A stretch of 64,000 bases of DNA from Takakia lepidozioides (lineage: Eukaryota > Plantae > Bryophyta). The stretch's first letter is position 1. Every line of letters starts with the position of its first letter. The notes beneath the pieces are model-generated. The model saw nothing but the letters and a program-made list of their open reading frames with translations. It was not told the DNA's origin and did not search any database. A program made the translations under genes and the position numbers. This document shows, piece after piece, positions 38,665 through 51,867 of the stretch. The stretch covers positions 9,920,001 through 9,984,000 of the forward strand of contig CM060732.1 in NCBI GenBank assembly GCA_030704615.1, in the 5' to 3' direction.

Positions 38665-38930
38665 CAGTGTTGTGCGGGTATATTGATTTCAATATACCCT
38701 TAGGGTATAAGTGAATTATTTTTGTCAAATCATTTACCCTCCGGGTATGGATAAATTGAAATCTCAAAAAATTATTTACCCTCCGGATATGGGTAAATTA
38801 ATTTTCAGATTTCTATATAACACCTGGGTATAGAGATATATGCCAAAATATACCCTGAGGGTATGAATAGTTTTCGGGTATAGTTATTTCAATTAATATA
38901 TAATTTAATGTTTAAAAAAATGATGATGAT

Positions 38931-38963
<33 letters not shown>

Positions 38964-39879
38964 GTTCTTCAATATGTACAAAACACAAAAAATACAATCT
39001 ATGGTTAAAGAGAAAATTGATAAGATATTGCATAATATTTTGGTGTTAACTTCCAATGCAAGATTTGTGAGCTGTCGCTCCCAGGTGTTTCCCTTTAATA
39101 AATAATTATTAAAATAAAATAAAAAAATCAAGATGGAGGATTCCTCGGAGGTTTAAGATTTAAAAAAAGGCCGCCTACGGGCATCTAAGGGTTTAATTTT
39201 TCCCTTCAACAAGGGCTACCTCCCCTTTCCAAAAAAACAAAAAACAAAAAATGCACATCGGCTGGTAGCCAGTGAGCTGGTAAGTGCACATTGTGGTGGT
39301 TCGGGGTTCGAACCCGCTGCCCTGCCCCGTGTGTGGGATTATTCATGACAGTATGTTTGGGCGTTGACTGTCTTGTAGGTCTCGTGGCCCATAAATGAAA
39401 TGGGGTTAATCTTTCCCCCTCCTCAAGGGCCTGAAATGTGGCTGCCATGTTTCCTTTTATATATATATATGCGAGATCTGAAGAGGTATTGTTTGGTTAT
39501 ATGACATTTTAGGAATGATACATATGTAGCATTTGTTTTAGTTGTGATTGGAGCTTTCTTATAGCTCAAGGCTCCCTAACAACACAACAAAAAGAGAAAA
39601 GACCTAGCACATAAAGGCTATGAAGGCACATAAAGGCCCTTATATACCCTGATTAGATATACCCTTCATTTTAGCATATACCCTTCAGAAAAGTAGGGTA
39701 TATTGAGCGTCTTAATGCATGGTAAATATAAAGATAAGGGTATATTTTTATCAATACCCTGATATAAGGATATACATCCGGGTACCTAAACTTGCTACAC
39801 TAGGGTATATATATATATCAATATACCCTGATATACCTGCCGGATATATCAGGGTAATTCATATACCTGCCCAACACTG
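38665..39879. mobile_element. Non-autonomous hAT element (1215 bp)
   Basis: TIRs CAGTGTTGTGCGGGTATAT / CAGTGTTGGGCAGGTATAT; 8-bp TSD GTCACAAC at 38657-38664 and 39880-39887; ATACCC/GGGTAT subterminal repeats. Confidence 0.93.
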
Positions 39880-40550
39880 GTCACAACCAACAGTCATAGG
39901 AGCTGACCAAGTGAGAGCATCGTCTATCTGCCGGTGAGACAGTTAGTCATATGATAGATGGGTGTAGGGCCGGACAAAAGATATTAGTGAGTTTGGATCT
40001 TCAAAGAGGCAGCTCGCACGTTTGTTCCTTGTGCTCTTTTCCTGCTCTGATGCTCTTCTTGTTCTGCTTTTGTGCAACAATCAAACCCATAGTGTAGGGC
40101 TCTTGAGGGCCATGGCATTTGAAAGCGTTGTGTTTGGTATGTTGACGTGTTAACTCGAGATTCTCAGCAGGACCAATGTTCGTGGTTGCACGCACCATAA
40201 AGTCAGCACATTCAAGCGTTCCCAAGTATAGTTTATTCATATGGATTGAATGATGATTCACAAGGATCGTCTGAATTTTTGACATACTATTTATCAGTAC
40301 TGCGTTGTTTTGTCCACACTATTATCCTAGTCTGTCATTAATCACTGAATAGAGCTTGGAGCTTGGAGATTAGAGCTTGCACCTTTCATGCAACATTCAA
40401 TCTACATTGCGTGCATGTACATGTGTTGAACTCAATGAAATCTCCCTTTTTTATCATGAATGTTCTATGTAAGACGGTATACAACAATGATACAATACAT
40501 GTATTACATGCTCTTTCTAATGTTGTATGGCTCTATAGAAATTTCCATAA

Positions 40551-41201
40551 GCATTGCAGCAAATAATATTGTAGAGCACCAACAAAGAATGTGTATGTAT
40601 GTTGTGTACTGCATTAGACTATGTTGCAGAGCAATGACAAGGTGAGCAAGTATTGGACTAAAGTCTATTGTAGAGCAATAGGAGAGCCCTAAAGAACGTG
40701 ACAAAATCAATATGTGTACATAGTAGTACTTATTAAAAGCCTAACTCCTTGAATTCCCAGCACTATAGATGTGTATTTATGTTCTTGCCCCCAAACAAAC
40801 CTATTTGCAATGCAAGTGCATGTGATTATCAGGGGCTTTGTTATCTATATACTTGACAGGAAGAATAAGCATGACTCTATTGCATTGCGGCAAATAATGT
40901 TGTAGAGCATGCACAAAGAAGTAAGTACTGCACCAAACTATGTTGCAGAGTAATAACAAGGTGAGCAAGTATTGCACTGAAGTCTATGGTAGAGCAATAG
41001 GAGAGCCCTAGAGACCGTGCCAAAATCAATATGTGTACATTGTAGTACTTTATTAAAAGCCTAACTCTTTGAATTCCCAACACTATGAATGTGTATTTAT
41101 GTTCTGCCCCCAAGTAAACCTATTATGCCATGCCAGTAGATGTGATTATCATGGGCTTTGTTATCTGTATACTTAACAAGAAGAAGAAGCATCACCCTAT
41201 T
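40551..41201 (+). repeat. Tandem duplication of ~325 bp
   Basis: 40551-40881 matches 40882-41201. Confidence 0.88.
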
Positions 41202-44200
41202 GGCTACACCATCACAATATAGCAACACTTATAAAATATTCCACATAATCGCACACACCACCATGAATATTGTAGCTGTATACAATATGAGCACACACCA
41301 GTAAAACAATAACATGTAAGAAGTGAACTTGTACCTAAGAATACTTTGCTTGATAGTGCATGTAGCATGTGAAGGAAAATACAAATTTCAAAGCAGAAAA
41401 AAAAAAAAAACATATATATATCAGATGCAATATATGTTTGAAACACAAAGTTTGAGTTCCAAGGACAGTTTTGATAGTGTACTTGATACCTCACCTCACA
41501 AGCAAAGTGCTATTGTTTGCCCGTGGGTGGGTGATAGATCCAGGAGCATTTCTCTTCATGACCTCTTTGGTGAAACTAATAGGAAATTGATGATTGTTCT
41601 ACTCCTTACAAATGACTCCACATGTGACTGTAGGACGTGGACAATATAAAGACACTTGTATCGCCATCATACAATGACATCGTGTGTCTGATTTCCCACC
41701 TTGCTGAAGATACCATCTGGAGGGGCGCTCTGCATCTTAGCCCGTATGGAAGCAACAAGATCACGTTGAAGTACATCAAATCCATGAACTCCATCAAATG
41801 CAACGCTCCCACCAACATCCCAGCCTCTAGTTCGAGCTCATGCTTCACATCTTCATTCTCAGCTTTGTTTAAGAAGGCAACAGTTTTGGTGTTGCAAACA
41901 TCTTGACATTCCAACATGACAGAGAAAGATGCAAATACGTCCAGCTATCACCCACTACTGTATGAACAGAGTACTACAAGAGAGCATTGTAGATAGATGC
42001 AATGTCGTGAAACCGAGAGGAGCTGACAGGAGCGCAGCCCACAAAACCCACAAACCCTATTTCCTCCGCTTTTCAAGGAATGCCACAACCGCGCTTGGAA
42101 AATTCAAATCCATGGATCATGGCATGTCCTATGGCCTAACCAGATGATGACATGGATTATGGGTAAAGCTTCATGGCATGACAACCCAATGACTCACATG
42201 CCCAACACCTGTACAGTGCAGATCATGGAGAACATTCCACCATGCAGAACGCCATTGTGTAGAACAACCTCTTCCTTGTGACCGCGGTTGTGGCAACATT
42301 GACTGTGGGGTCCATGGAGGGAGCCAAGGGATGGGTTGCCCTCCCTGCGCGCGAAGACCGCTGACATATGGCAGCGAGCAGAGCTCGTAGGGGTACATAT
42401 AACGTCCTGCTGCGGCAAAACTATGTACACAACAGTATCCATCTACTTATTGCACTCCTTCCTTCTGGTACCTCGTCTTGAATCACGAGCAACGCCCGAA
42501 TGCAACCCGCGCGTCATTAGCAGGGTGCTTCATGGTTAGGGCCCGTGGACCTGAGTTTTGACCCAGGCGAGGTACGATCATCCAATCAATAAATTCTTCT
42601 TAGAACCCTCAGCCTTATTTCTGTAAATCAACTATCATGAACATTAATATGCACATTAATTACCGTGGGTTGTTCTAACGTTCTAACTTCTTATTCACTG
42701 ACCGCGCAAAGGGCAGTTGAGGACGTAAGGCTACACATACATACATGAGGTGAACTCGGGGTATTTCTGCTGACATACTTAGGGGTCTTACGCCCGGTAC
42801 CTCCTCCTGTCCTGAAGGATGAAACTTCCGGTCTGAGAAGGTAACGATTTTAACAAAGGGAATTTCTAGGCTGTCTTTTATGGTTTAGGAATATTATTGG
42901 TCCCTCTTGAGAATGAGCAATACTTTGCTGACAGTTCAACTTGGTGAGGAAATGCTCGAACTAATGCATGTCTAGGATGCAATGAATTAAATTATATGGA
43001 TTGCACTAGTGCTGACAGCTCTTTTTCATGCCTCTTTGTCATCGTACTAGAGTGCATAATATATATCTGTCTGTGATTCAAAAGAATAATTGCGCGATAA
43101 ATTTCCGTTGAACATGATAAAGCGCCATGCGACGGGACACCTGCAGTGACGGGACATGTTATTCACAAGATTTATCCCCTATATATATAGAGTCGCATGA
43201 GTCTCCCGGGAGATGAGAAGGAGCTCACAAGCCCCAAGTTAAGTTGTTGAGCACGGGATGAAAAAAAACGTGTAACCTGCTAAGTGTCGAACTGTAGCAG
43301 CTCAATGGGGAAGAGCAGTCGCGCTTGTACCCTCACCATCCACGAGAATTGCAAAACATGCTCTTATGCAGATCTTATCCACCAGTCATCCAGGAGGCCA
43401 CGACGGGCACCATCAGTCTGTTGGTACACTGGTCAGTGCGCAGTGTCAGTCCCTCTACCGATCAGTTTGTGAATTTGTGAGTCCTTTTGCGAGACGATGC
43501 ATATGATTGAGGGCCGGGATGGACTCATGATTGCCATCAGCACACGAGTCCTATCCATCCCTTGACTGTGAGTCCCAACAGACAATCCGTAATCTGTAAT
43601 GCATAGGATATGAAACGAGTATCAACGTATCAACTCTCGCTCATACACCAACAAGTCCAACCAGTACATAAAAATAAGGAGGAGGGTGGGACCCGCATGG
43701 AGTGACAATGGCACTGCAGCAGACGAGGTTGTAGGCAAGTCCTTGCTTCCTGCCCTCTGGAGAGGATGGGCAGTGCCGGCCTTTGCTGACGAAGCTTCCT
43801 CTTCTCACACTCTGGAACACTGCTCATATGTTTACCTCAGTTTTACGCATTACTAGAGTCTGCCCTCCCTAAAGGTAAGCCCTTGTGGAAGTTGGGAGCC
43901 CAACTAAACGGGCATAAGATTTAGAGAGTTGAAGGATGGATTGAACATTCAGAGACGTTTGTGTATAAGACAGTTTAAAATTACTCTAAACAACATAGTC
44001 TTAGTTATTGTTGGTCCTGCCCTCAGGCAGACTACGCAATGCTTTGATTTCTCCCCGCTTGTCACACGGGACCAATGTTGATAGATGATTATTTTTTGGT
44101 GCTGAATGAAGTATACTGCAGCTGCTGGATGAAATATATTCGTTTGTTAGAAATTGCTGCTTTTCATGTCAACTTGACATGAAAAGCTCGTCCCTCTTTC

Positions 44201-44413
44201 TTAAGGAAAAAAAATAGGGAAAAACAGCAAAGTGTAGAGCAAGTAATAAAAAAGGCCCTAGAGTTGAATGCGCCCCAAAGCCGGCCCCTCAACCCTGTGC
44301 CAACTCACCCTTTGCCATTTCCCCGCCCAGTCCGCCAGCCCCACTTTTGCACGGAATCCGTAATACATGAATCATAGATCACTCCCATCTGAAAGGTGGA
44401 CACCTTCATGACT

Positions 44414-44487
44414 CACCAGACCCTGGTTTGAACCCACAACCGCATCCAACATGGTATGTGCCCATTACCACTGGGCTACATGCTGGT
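44414..44487 (-). other. Degenerate tRNA-like sequence or tRNA-derived SINE head
   Basis: Minus-strand A box TAGCCCAGTGG, B box GGTTCAAACC, ACCAG/CTGGT acceptor-like stem. Confidence 0.55.
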
Positions 44488-46321
44488 TGTACCATCTTGA
44501 CAATGGTATACAACACTAGGGCTTCGCGTTGCTCCGCACTACTAGCGACGACTTCTGAGAACAACGTCCGGATAGATGGGCTATATTCAAGTTTTATGAA
44601 CAGATGAACATTTATTGGCTGTCTTGTAGAGAGACTACGCATCATGCTAAAATCAACGGAGAAAATGTGGTCAAAGGACCTTACAGTGTGTCAAGCATAT
44701 GATTCTTATGGTGTGTTGAATCATGCTCCCTAGTTTTCCCTTCCTCTTATGTTTTGCCAAAGCAAGAGAGCCCATTGCAATTTGAGGATTGTTTCATTTG
44801 ATAATAATTTGACGGGTGTAACGACTCTGGCTCGTTTTGATACAACAAGTAGATTTTGTTTATAACTATTATTTATATGATATATTTTTCATCTTTATTT
44901 TCTTTGGTTTAGATTTAATGTCACGGTTTCATGGTTGTTTTTTAATTTAATGCATATTTGTTCCGGCGTTCATCATTTATTGTCTTTTCCCTTAATAATT
45001 TTTTTTTTGTCTTTATTTAAAGCATATGTTATCTGGATTCTGTCTGTCCGCATTAACATTTTGTTAACGACCATATATCCGAAGATATATTTTTGAAAAA
45101 ACATAGTTGTCTACATAAACATAATTATTGATCTGAAAAAAATCTTTTGTCTTGATAAAGAATACTGATATTGATATTGATATTTCTCTTCAAAGTTGAA
45201 GGTAATTTGTTCTATAAATGTTTGATAGCAACACATAAGTCGCGGCATCCTGTTCATCCCACTTGAGGATAGATGTTGCCGCATGTTCAGCCATCTCCAC
45301 ATTGCCATGGATTCTGCAGGCACCAAGCAAGGCCTTCCACACCACAACATCTGGATTGATTGGCATCTTATTTATCAGATCCATTGCCTCGTCCAGTTGT
45401 CCCGCACACGGCCAAGAAGGTCCACCATACAGCCAAAGTGCTTTACTGTCGGAGTGACATCATAATTTGGACTCAGGGAATCAAAGTAGCATCTTCCTTC
45501 ATTCAGGAGGCCGTGTGGCTGCATGCAGAGAAAACACATAAAGGTGACACTGTCCGGCTTCAAGTCGTTCTTTGCATTCCTTCAAATAGTTGCAGGACCT
45601 CCCTATGACAACCATGTTGTGCATATCCTGCAATCATCGCACTCCACGACACCAAATCTCGTTCAGCCATACTGTCGAACACTCCCTTCGCATCCTCCAT
45701 GCACCCACATTTGGCATACATGTCCACAAGGGCATTGTCCAGAATGACACCGGGTACAATTCCAACTCTGACGATGTCGCCATGGACCTCTTTGCCCTTT
45801 TTCAGAGCTGCACGGCTTGCACACACATTGCAAACGCACACAAACGTGATGTGGATGGGCTTCACCCCTTCCCCCATCATTTGCTCATAGGTCTCCAAAG
45901 CCTCCACCCCGCATCCCTGTTGTGCATACCCTGGCAATCATCGTGTTCCATGACACCACATTTCGTTCAGCCATATTGTTGAACACTCCCTCCGCATCCT
46001 CAATGCACCAACATGTCCACGAGGGCAGAGTCCAGAATGACATCTGGTACAATTCCAGCTTTGACGATGCAACCATGGACCTCTTTGCCCTTTTCTAGGG
46101 CTGCCAGGCCTGCACAACATTGCAAACGCACACAAACGTTGTGTGGTCGGGCTTCACCCCTTCCCCCATCATTTGCTCATAGGTCTCCAAAGCCTCCATC
46201 CCGCGCCCCTGTTGTGCATACCCTGCAAGCATCGCACTCCACGACACCACATTTTGTTCAGCTATAGTGTTGAACACTCCCTTTTCATCCTCCATACACC
46301 CACATCTGGCATATATGTCCA

Positions 46322-46703
46322 CCAAACAGGCATTTACCTTTTTGCTTCGGTTGTCCCACCATTGAGTGGGGTCAGAAAAGTATTCATTCCACAACTTCTC
46401 CTTATCTATGTTACCTGTTTTTGGATACTTTCCTGTTGTCACATTGGCAGTATCATGTCAAAGTCACTCCAAACTAGATCCACTCAACCAGCTAACTTGC
46501 AAAATTCAACATGAAAATTTAGGCTTGATTCTGTTAAGAGGGAAAACAGGGGGAAATGTGTTGAAGAAGGTGCATTCATTAGCAGTGCATTGTTCTATCA
46601 ATTGTGCTGTTGCCGCTGTTGTTTCCAATTGACCATCTACTATTCTTGTAGCTATTGATCCATAGGGAATCAAAAGTAATCGTGTGTTTGAAATCCGGCC
46701 CTA
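46322..46703 (-). pseudogene. OSB (PDF-motif) gene fragment within PPR-1
   Basis: GPDFKHTITFDSLWI and KLWNEYFSDPTQWWDNRSKK followed by a GT donor. Confidence 0.8.
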
Positions 46704-47169
46704 CACTCCCCTTTGCATGCTCGATGCTCCCACATTTGGCATACATGTCCACCAGGGTATTGTTCAGGATCACATCTGGTACGATTCCAGCTCTGACGAT
46801 GTCACCATGCACCTCTTTGCCCTTTTCCAGGGCTGCCAGGCTTGCACACGCATTGCAGATGCAAACGAACGTGATGTGGTTGGGCTTCACCCCTTCCCCC
46901 ATCATTTGCTCCTAGGTTTCCAAAGCGGCCACCCCACGTCCCTGCTGTGTATACCCTGCAAGCATCGCGTTCCACGACACCACATCTCATTCAGCCTGCA
47001 TATTGTTGAAAACTGCCTTTGCATCTTTAATGCACCCACATTTGGCATACATATTGTCCACTAGGGCAGTGTTCAGAATGACATCTGGTACAATTCCAGC
47101 TTTGACGAGGTCATCATGGACCTCTTTCCCCTTTTCCAGGGCTCCCAGGCTTGCATACACATTGCAAAT

Positions 47170-47510
47170 GCAACTGATCCATGCCTTTGCACAAATCATG
47201 CATACATCTTTGCCTTGCTGCTAGCAACATACAATGACAGCCTAGAATTCTTCCAGCAAACACCCCAACCATACTTATCAGACTAGTTCCTATGTTGACT
47301 TGCATCTACTTCCAACATGCATTCACCTTTTTGTCTCCATTGTCCCACAATTGACTGGCGTCGGAGAAGTGTTCATTCCAAAGTTTCTCCTCGTCTCTCT
47401 TATTTGTTTTTAGATACTCTCCTGCTCCCACATCGGCACTAACTTGTCAAATTCATTCCAAACCACCACAGATCCACTGCAACATATGGCAAATGAAAGG
47501 CTACAACTAG
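47170..47510 (-). pseudogene. Second OSB-like exon with flanking intron sequence
   Basis: TTGCAG acceptor, EKLWNEHFSDASQLWDNGDKK, AAG|GTGAAT donor. Confidence 0.72.
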
Positions 47511-47728
47511 GATGCGGACACCATATCCACGACACCACATTTCCTCACCATGGACCTCTTTTCCCTTTTCCAGGGCTGCTAGGCTTGCACAGGCATTGCA
47601 AACGGAAACAAACGTGATGTGGTCGGGCTTCACCCCTTACCCCATCATTTGTGTGTGCTGCTTGTGTCCGTAGTCAGGTAATGTCAGATCGGTCTGTGAG
47701 AACCATCACGGTGCAGCTAAGCAGGCAG

Positions 47729-47914
47729 AGATTGAAACACGGACTGGCAAAACCAAGCTGACTCTCGCAAGAACCTTGTAAACATCAAGAAGAATATCAA
47801 ATCATGGTACTAACAGGAGGCAAAGATTGAAACACGGCCTGGCAAGACCAAGCTGACTCTCGCAAAAACCTTGTAAACATCAGGAAGAATACCAAATCAT
47901 GGTACTAACAGGAG
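47729..47914 (+). repeat. 95 bp tandem duplication
   Basis: agattgaaacacgg...gtactaacaggag occurs twice with period 95. Confidence 0.88.
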
Positions 47915-48934
47915 CCAATAGCCCACATTGGACTCCAACACCAGCCAACAATAATCATGAAGCAACCCCGCTTGCCAAACCTATGTAAACCTGTTCTAAA
48001 TGCCAGGCCTTATCAACCTATGTAGCCATTGCGCTCTCTCTCTCTCTCTCTCTCCCCTTTGAACATCAAACAGAAGCAGGGAGGAAAAGGGTCAGTCTCA
48101 ACGAAGTACCGTTCAAGAAGTTATTTTTGGATTTTTCGGGCAATCCGGGCAGATAGAAAGAAATTGACGACGTACGAAACGTGGTGACGACAGGTGGCTA
48201 CAAAACGTGGCGACGATGACGTGGCACTATGGCACCCTATTCTTGCTCTCAGCTAAACTAGCTCTCAACCTTCGGTCGTTGCTAGAACTAAGGCTTCGCG
48301 CTACTAGCTAGAACTAAGGCTTCGCACTACTAGCGACGAATTATGAGAACTATGTTCAATTTTTCACAAAAAAAGGGTGGGTCATCCCCACGGTGTTACA
48401 TGCAGAGATCTCGTGTTTTGTTTTTTTCTGGAAGAAAATTGGCGGATCTGCATTTCAACATTCAATTTTCACAAGCTGAATCAATCAACAACAACATACC
48501 CAAATACCCTTACATTCACTGTACGAACTTTCAAGCATCCACCATGGGATTGGATCTTGGTGGGTTAAGGCTAGATTTTGACAATATTCATGCAAGTTCA
48601 TCAAGGGCTCCATCCAAAGCCACACTACGAGAAACAAACAAACATGTCCAAATTTAAGATGCTGAACAAACTTGTGCACAGGGCTGCCCCTCTCATCAAG
48701 CTCATTAAAATTCACTTCCATCTTCAAGCTTTGGAGAAGCTCCACCACCCAAACCCAGAATTAGGACAGCACCAGAATCAGTAAAAAATCACCCCTTCAG
48801 TCAAGTGCAATTGTGGGCTGACTTCCCACCTATGCCGGGTAGACCCCACTATCAGGAAATGGTGGATGGTCTGAGTAGCTACATAGATCAATGAATGAAG
48901 CAAGACACTCGCATCTTTCCAAGAAAACATCCTT

Positions 48935-50935
48935 TCACCAGTAATCACCACAAGAACAAATCCCATCTTCAAAGTGGTGGAAAGTAGTTAGCGTCCCATA
49001 CAACAATTGCTCGGCCAACAATCTTTGAGATGAATTTGGTGGAGGTGTGGCAGTCTCCACACACTCGAAGATTCTTGATGAGTCGTGTTGATCAGCCCAA
49101 AACCAATGGCTAGCTTTTCACTGTGGTGGCAAAGAGAAAATTCATTTCCTCCACATCATGCAGTAAAATGCGTGTGTCAGGCACATACCTTGCCTCCTTC
49201 ATCCCAGACAATCTTCTCAGCTCAGCATGGATTTCCTTAATTCTGGGATGCAACTTGTCATCTGGCTCCTTTCTAACCCCTCTGACCTTCATCATTCTTC
49301 TCACCTTTGCAGTATCATCCCACCTGCCAGCTGCAACATAGATATTTGATATAGCAACACATAAGTCGCGGCATCCTGTTCAACCCACTTGAGGATAGAT
49401 GCTCCACATTACCATGGATTCTGCAAGCACCAAGCAAGGCCTTCCACACCACAACATCTGGATTGATTGGCATTTATTAATCAGGTCCACTGCCTCATGT
49501 AGTTGTCCCGCACGTCCAGAAGGTCCACCATGCAGCCAAAGTGCTTCACTTGCGGGGTGACACCATGACCTTGACTCAGGGAATCAAAGTAGTATCTTCC
49601 TTCATTCAGTAGGCCAGTGTGGCTGCATGCAGAGAGAACACATATAAAGGTGATACTGATGTGGTTGCACTTCTACCCCTTCCCCCATCATTTGCTCATA
49701 GGTCTCCAAGGCCTGCATCCTGCGCCCCTGCTGTGCATATCCTGCAAGCATGGCGTTCCATGACACCAAATCTCGTTCAGCCATACTATTGAACACTCCC
49801 TCCGCATCCTCAATGCTTCCACATTTGGCATACATGAGCCACGAGGGTATTGTTCAGAATCACATATGGTACAATTCCAGCTTTGGCGATGCAACCATGC
49901 ACCTCTTTGCCCTTTTCCAAGGCTGCCAGGCTTGCACATACACTGCAAATGCACACAAACGTGATGTAGTTGGGCTTCACCCCTTCCCCCATCATTTGCT
50001 CATAGGTCTCCAAAGCCTCCATCCCACGCCCCTGCTGTGCATACCCCTGCAAGCATCGCGTTCCACGACACCACATCTCGTTCAGCCATAGGGTTGAAAT
50101 TAACTCCCTTCGCATCCTTAATGCACCCACATTTGGCATACATGTCCACCAGGGCAGTGTTCAGGATGACATCTGGTACAATTCCAGCTTTAACGATGCC
50201 ACCATGGACCTCTTTCCCCTTTTCCAGAGGTCCCAGGCTTGCACACGCATTTGCAAACACAAACAAATGTGATGTGGTTGGTTTTCACCCCTTTGCACAT
50301 CATTTGCTCATAGGTCTCCAACGCCTCCATCCCGCACCCTTGCTGTGCATATCTTGCAATCATCACACTCCACGACACCACATCACGTTCAGCCATACTA
50401 TCAAACACTCATCCTCGATGCACCCACATTTGACATACATGTCCACCAGGGCAGTGTTCAGAATGACATCGGGTACAATTCCAGATTTGATAATGTCACC
50501 ATGGACCTCTTTGCACTTTTCCAGGGCTGCCAGGCTTGCACACGCATTGCAAATGCAAACAAACGTCATGTGGTTGGGCTTCACCCCCTTCGCACATCAT
50601 TTGCTTGTAGGTCTCCAAAGCCTCCATCCCGAGCCCTTGTTGTGCATATTTTACTATCATCACACTCCATGACACCACATCTCGTTCAGCCATACTAACG
50701 GACACTCCCTTCATACATGTCCATGGGGGTATTGTTCATAATGACATTTGGTACAATTGCAGCTCTGACAATGTCGCCATGGACCTCTTTGCCCCTTTCC
50801 AGAGCTGCCAGGCTTGCACACGCATTGCAAACGCACCCAAACGTGATGTGGTTGGGCTTCACCCCTTCTCCCATCATTTGTTCATAAGTCTCCAAAGCCT
50901 CCATACCACGTCCCTGCTGTGCATACCCTGCATGC
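48935..50935 (-). pseudogene. PLS-E-E+-DYW PPR (RNA editing factor) pseudogene 2
   Basis: Triplets, E domain, [29 protein letters not shown] stop at 48935; PG box partly deleted; many frameshifts. Confidence 0.93.
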
Positions 50936-51867
50936 ACATTGTGATGGCATGGCACTGACTTTGTCATTTGCCTCCATGACTGGCCAACCACAACTCGTCT
51001 GTTTCTTTTCCAGAAGGAACCCAATTGGGGTCTATCACAATGTTGGAGATTGACCACCCACCTGAAGGATTGTGTTCATCATTAACTGTAGTATTGCAAG
51101 GGATAGCATCCCAGCCATTGTTAACAGGAACAAAATGAATGGGTGAAGAAGGGAAGGCATCCCATATAGTGTTTTGGACTTCCCATTCATTAATCCATGC
51201 ACATTCGGGACTGTGAGCAGTAGAATTCCCAGTGTTCAGCCACCCTCTGTTAATGATTTTTGTTGAATCTGTCAAACCCTCATCTGATCCTCCATCCCTC
51301 TCTGGCAATGGCATGCACTTGGTGCTTAGCTCTTTCAATATTGTGTGCACATCCGTTGGTGCTGTTAGCAGGCTACACACTGAATCCTGCATGAAATGGA
51401 GCAAGTCAAAGGATAAACACATTGAGATGTATCCACAAATACAACATAGTTATTGGGTAATCAAAGCAGAATTTCTTGAAGGACATGTTGTGTAGTGGAA
51501 GAAAAGGGTACATGAAAGGTGCATGACTTGCCTGCGGATGCTGCCAATGCAGGTCAATCTTACTCATGTTCCAAGAGGGGCTTCTATTTCCCCACACATA
51601 TGCAGCCATTACAGCCTCCAAACTGTCAGTGGTACCCTTGTCTACTGTATCCATGAACCTTCTGATTGGTTTCTGGACAGTAGAGAAAGTAAAATCAGAA
51701 GAATGGAGGCTATAAATTCACTTTTGTAGCTGCCATTTCAAAGAAAATTCCCATGGGCGTATAAAACACTTATAGGAAACACCCAACTCAACTTATCACA
51801 CAGTTCCTATGCTCAATTGCGTCTGCTACTCTCTGTAATCTAACAGGCATTCACCTTTTTGCCTCGA

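Larger units (their letters stand above)
45213..47650 (-). pseudogene. PLS-class PPR pseudogene 1 (E domain truncated; interrupted by OSB-like fragments)
   Basis: P-L-S triplets (YAQQG..EAL..GVKP, CASLAALEKGKEVH, LVDMYAKCG..F..M.ERDVVSW); E motif [23 protein letters not shown]. Confidence 0.92.

Noticed and set aside
39262-39320. tRNA gene inside the hAT element (GGTTCGAACCC)
   Set aside because: Only a B box; no credible cloverleaf
41606-42442. Minus-strand ORFs as a kinase or other gene
   Set aside because: No diagnostic motif; cannot be supported without a search
50964-51654. ORFs between PPR-2 and PPR-3 as a functional gene
   Set aside because: No recognisable domain; fragment bounded by pseudogene junctions
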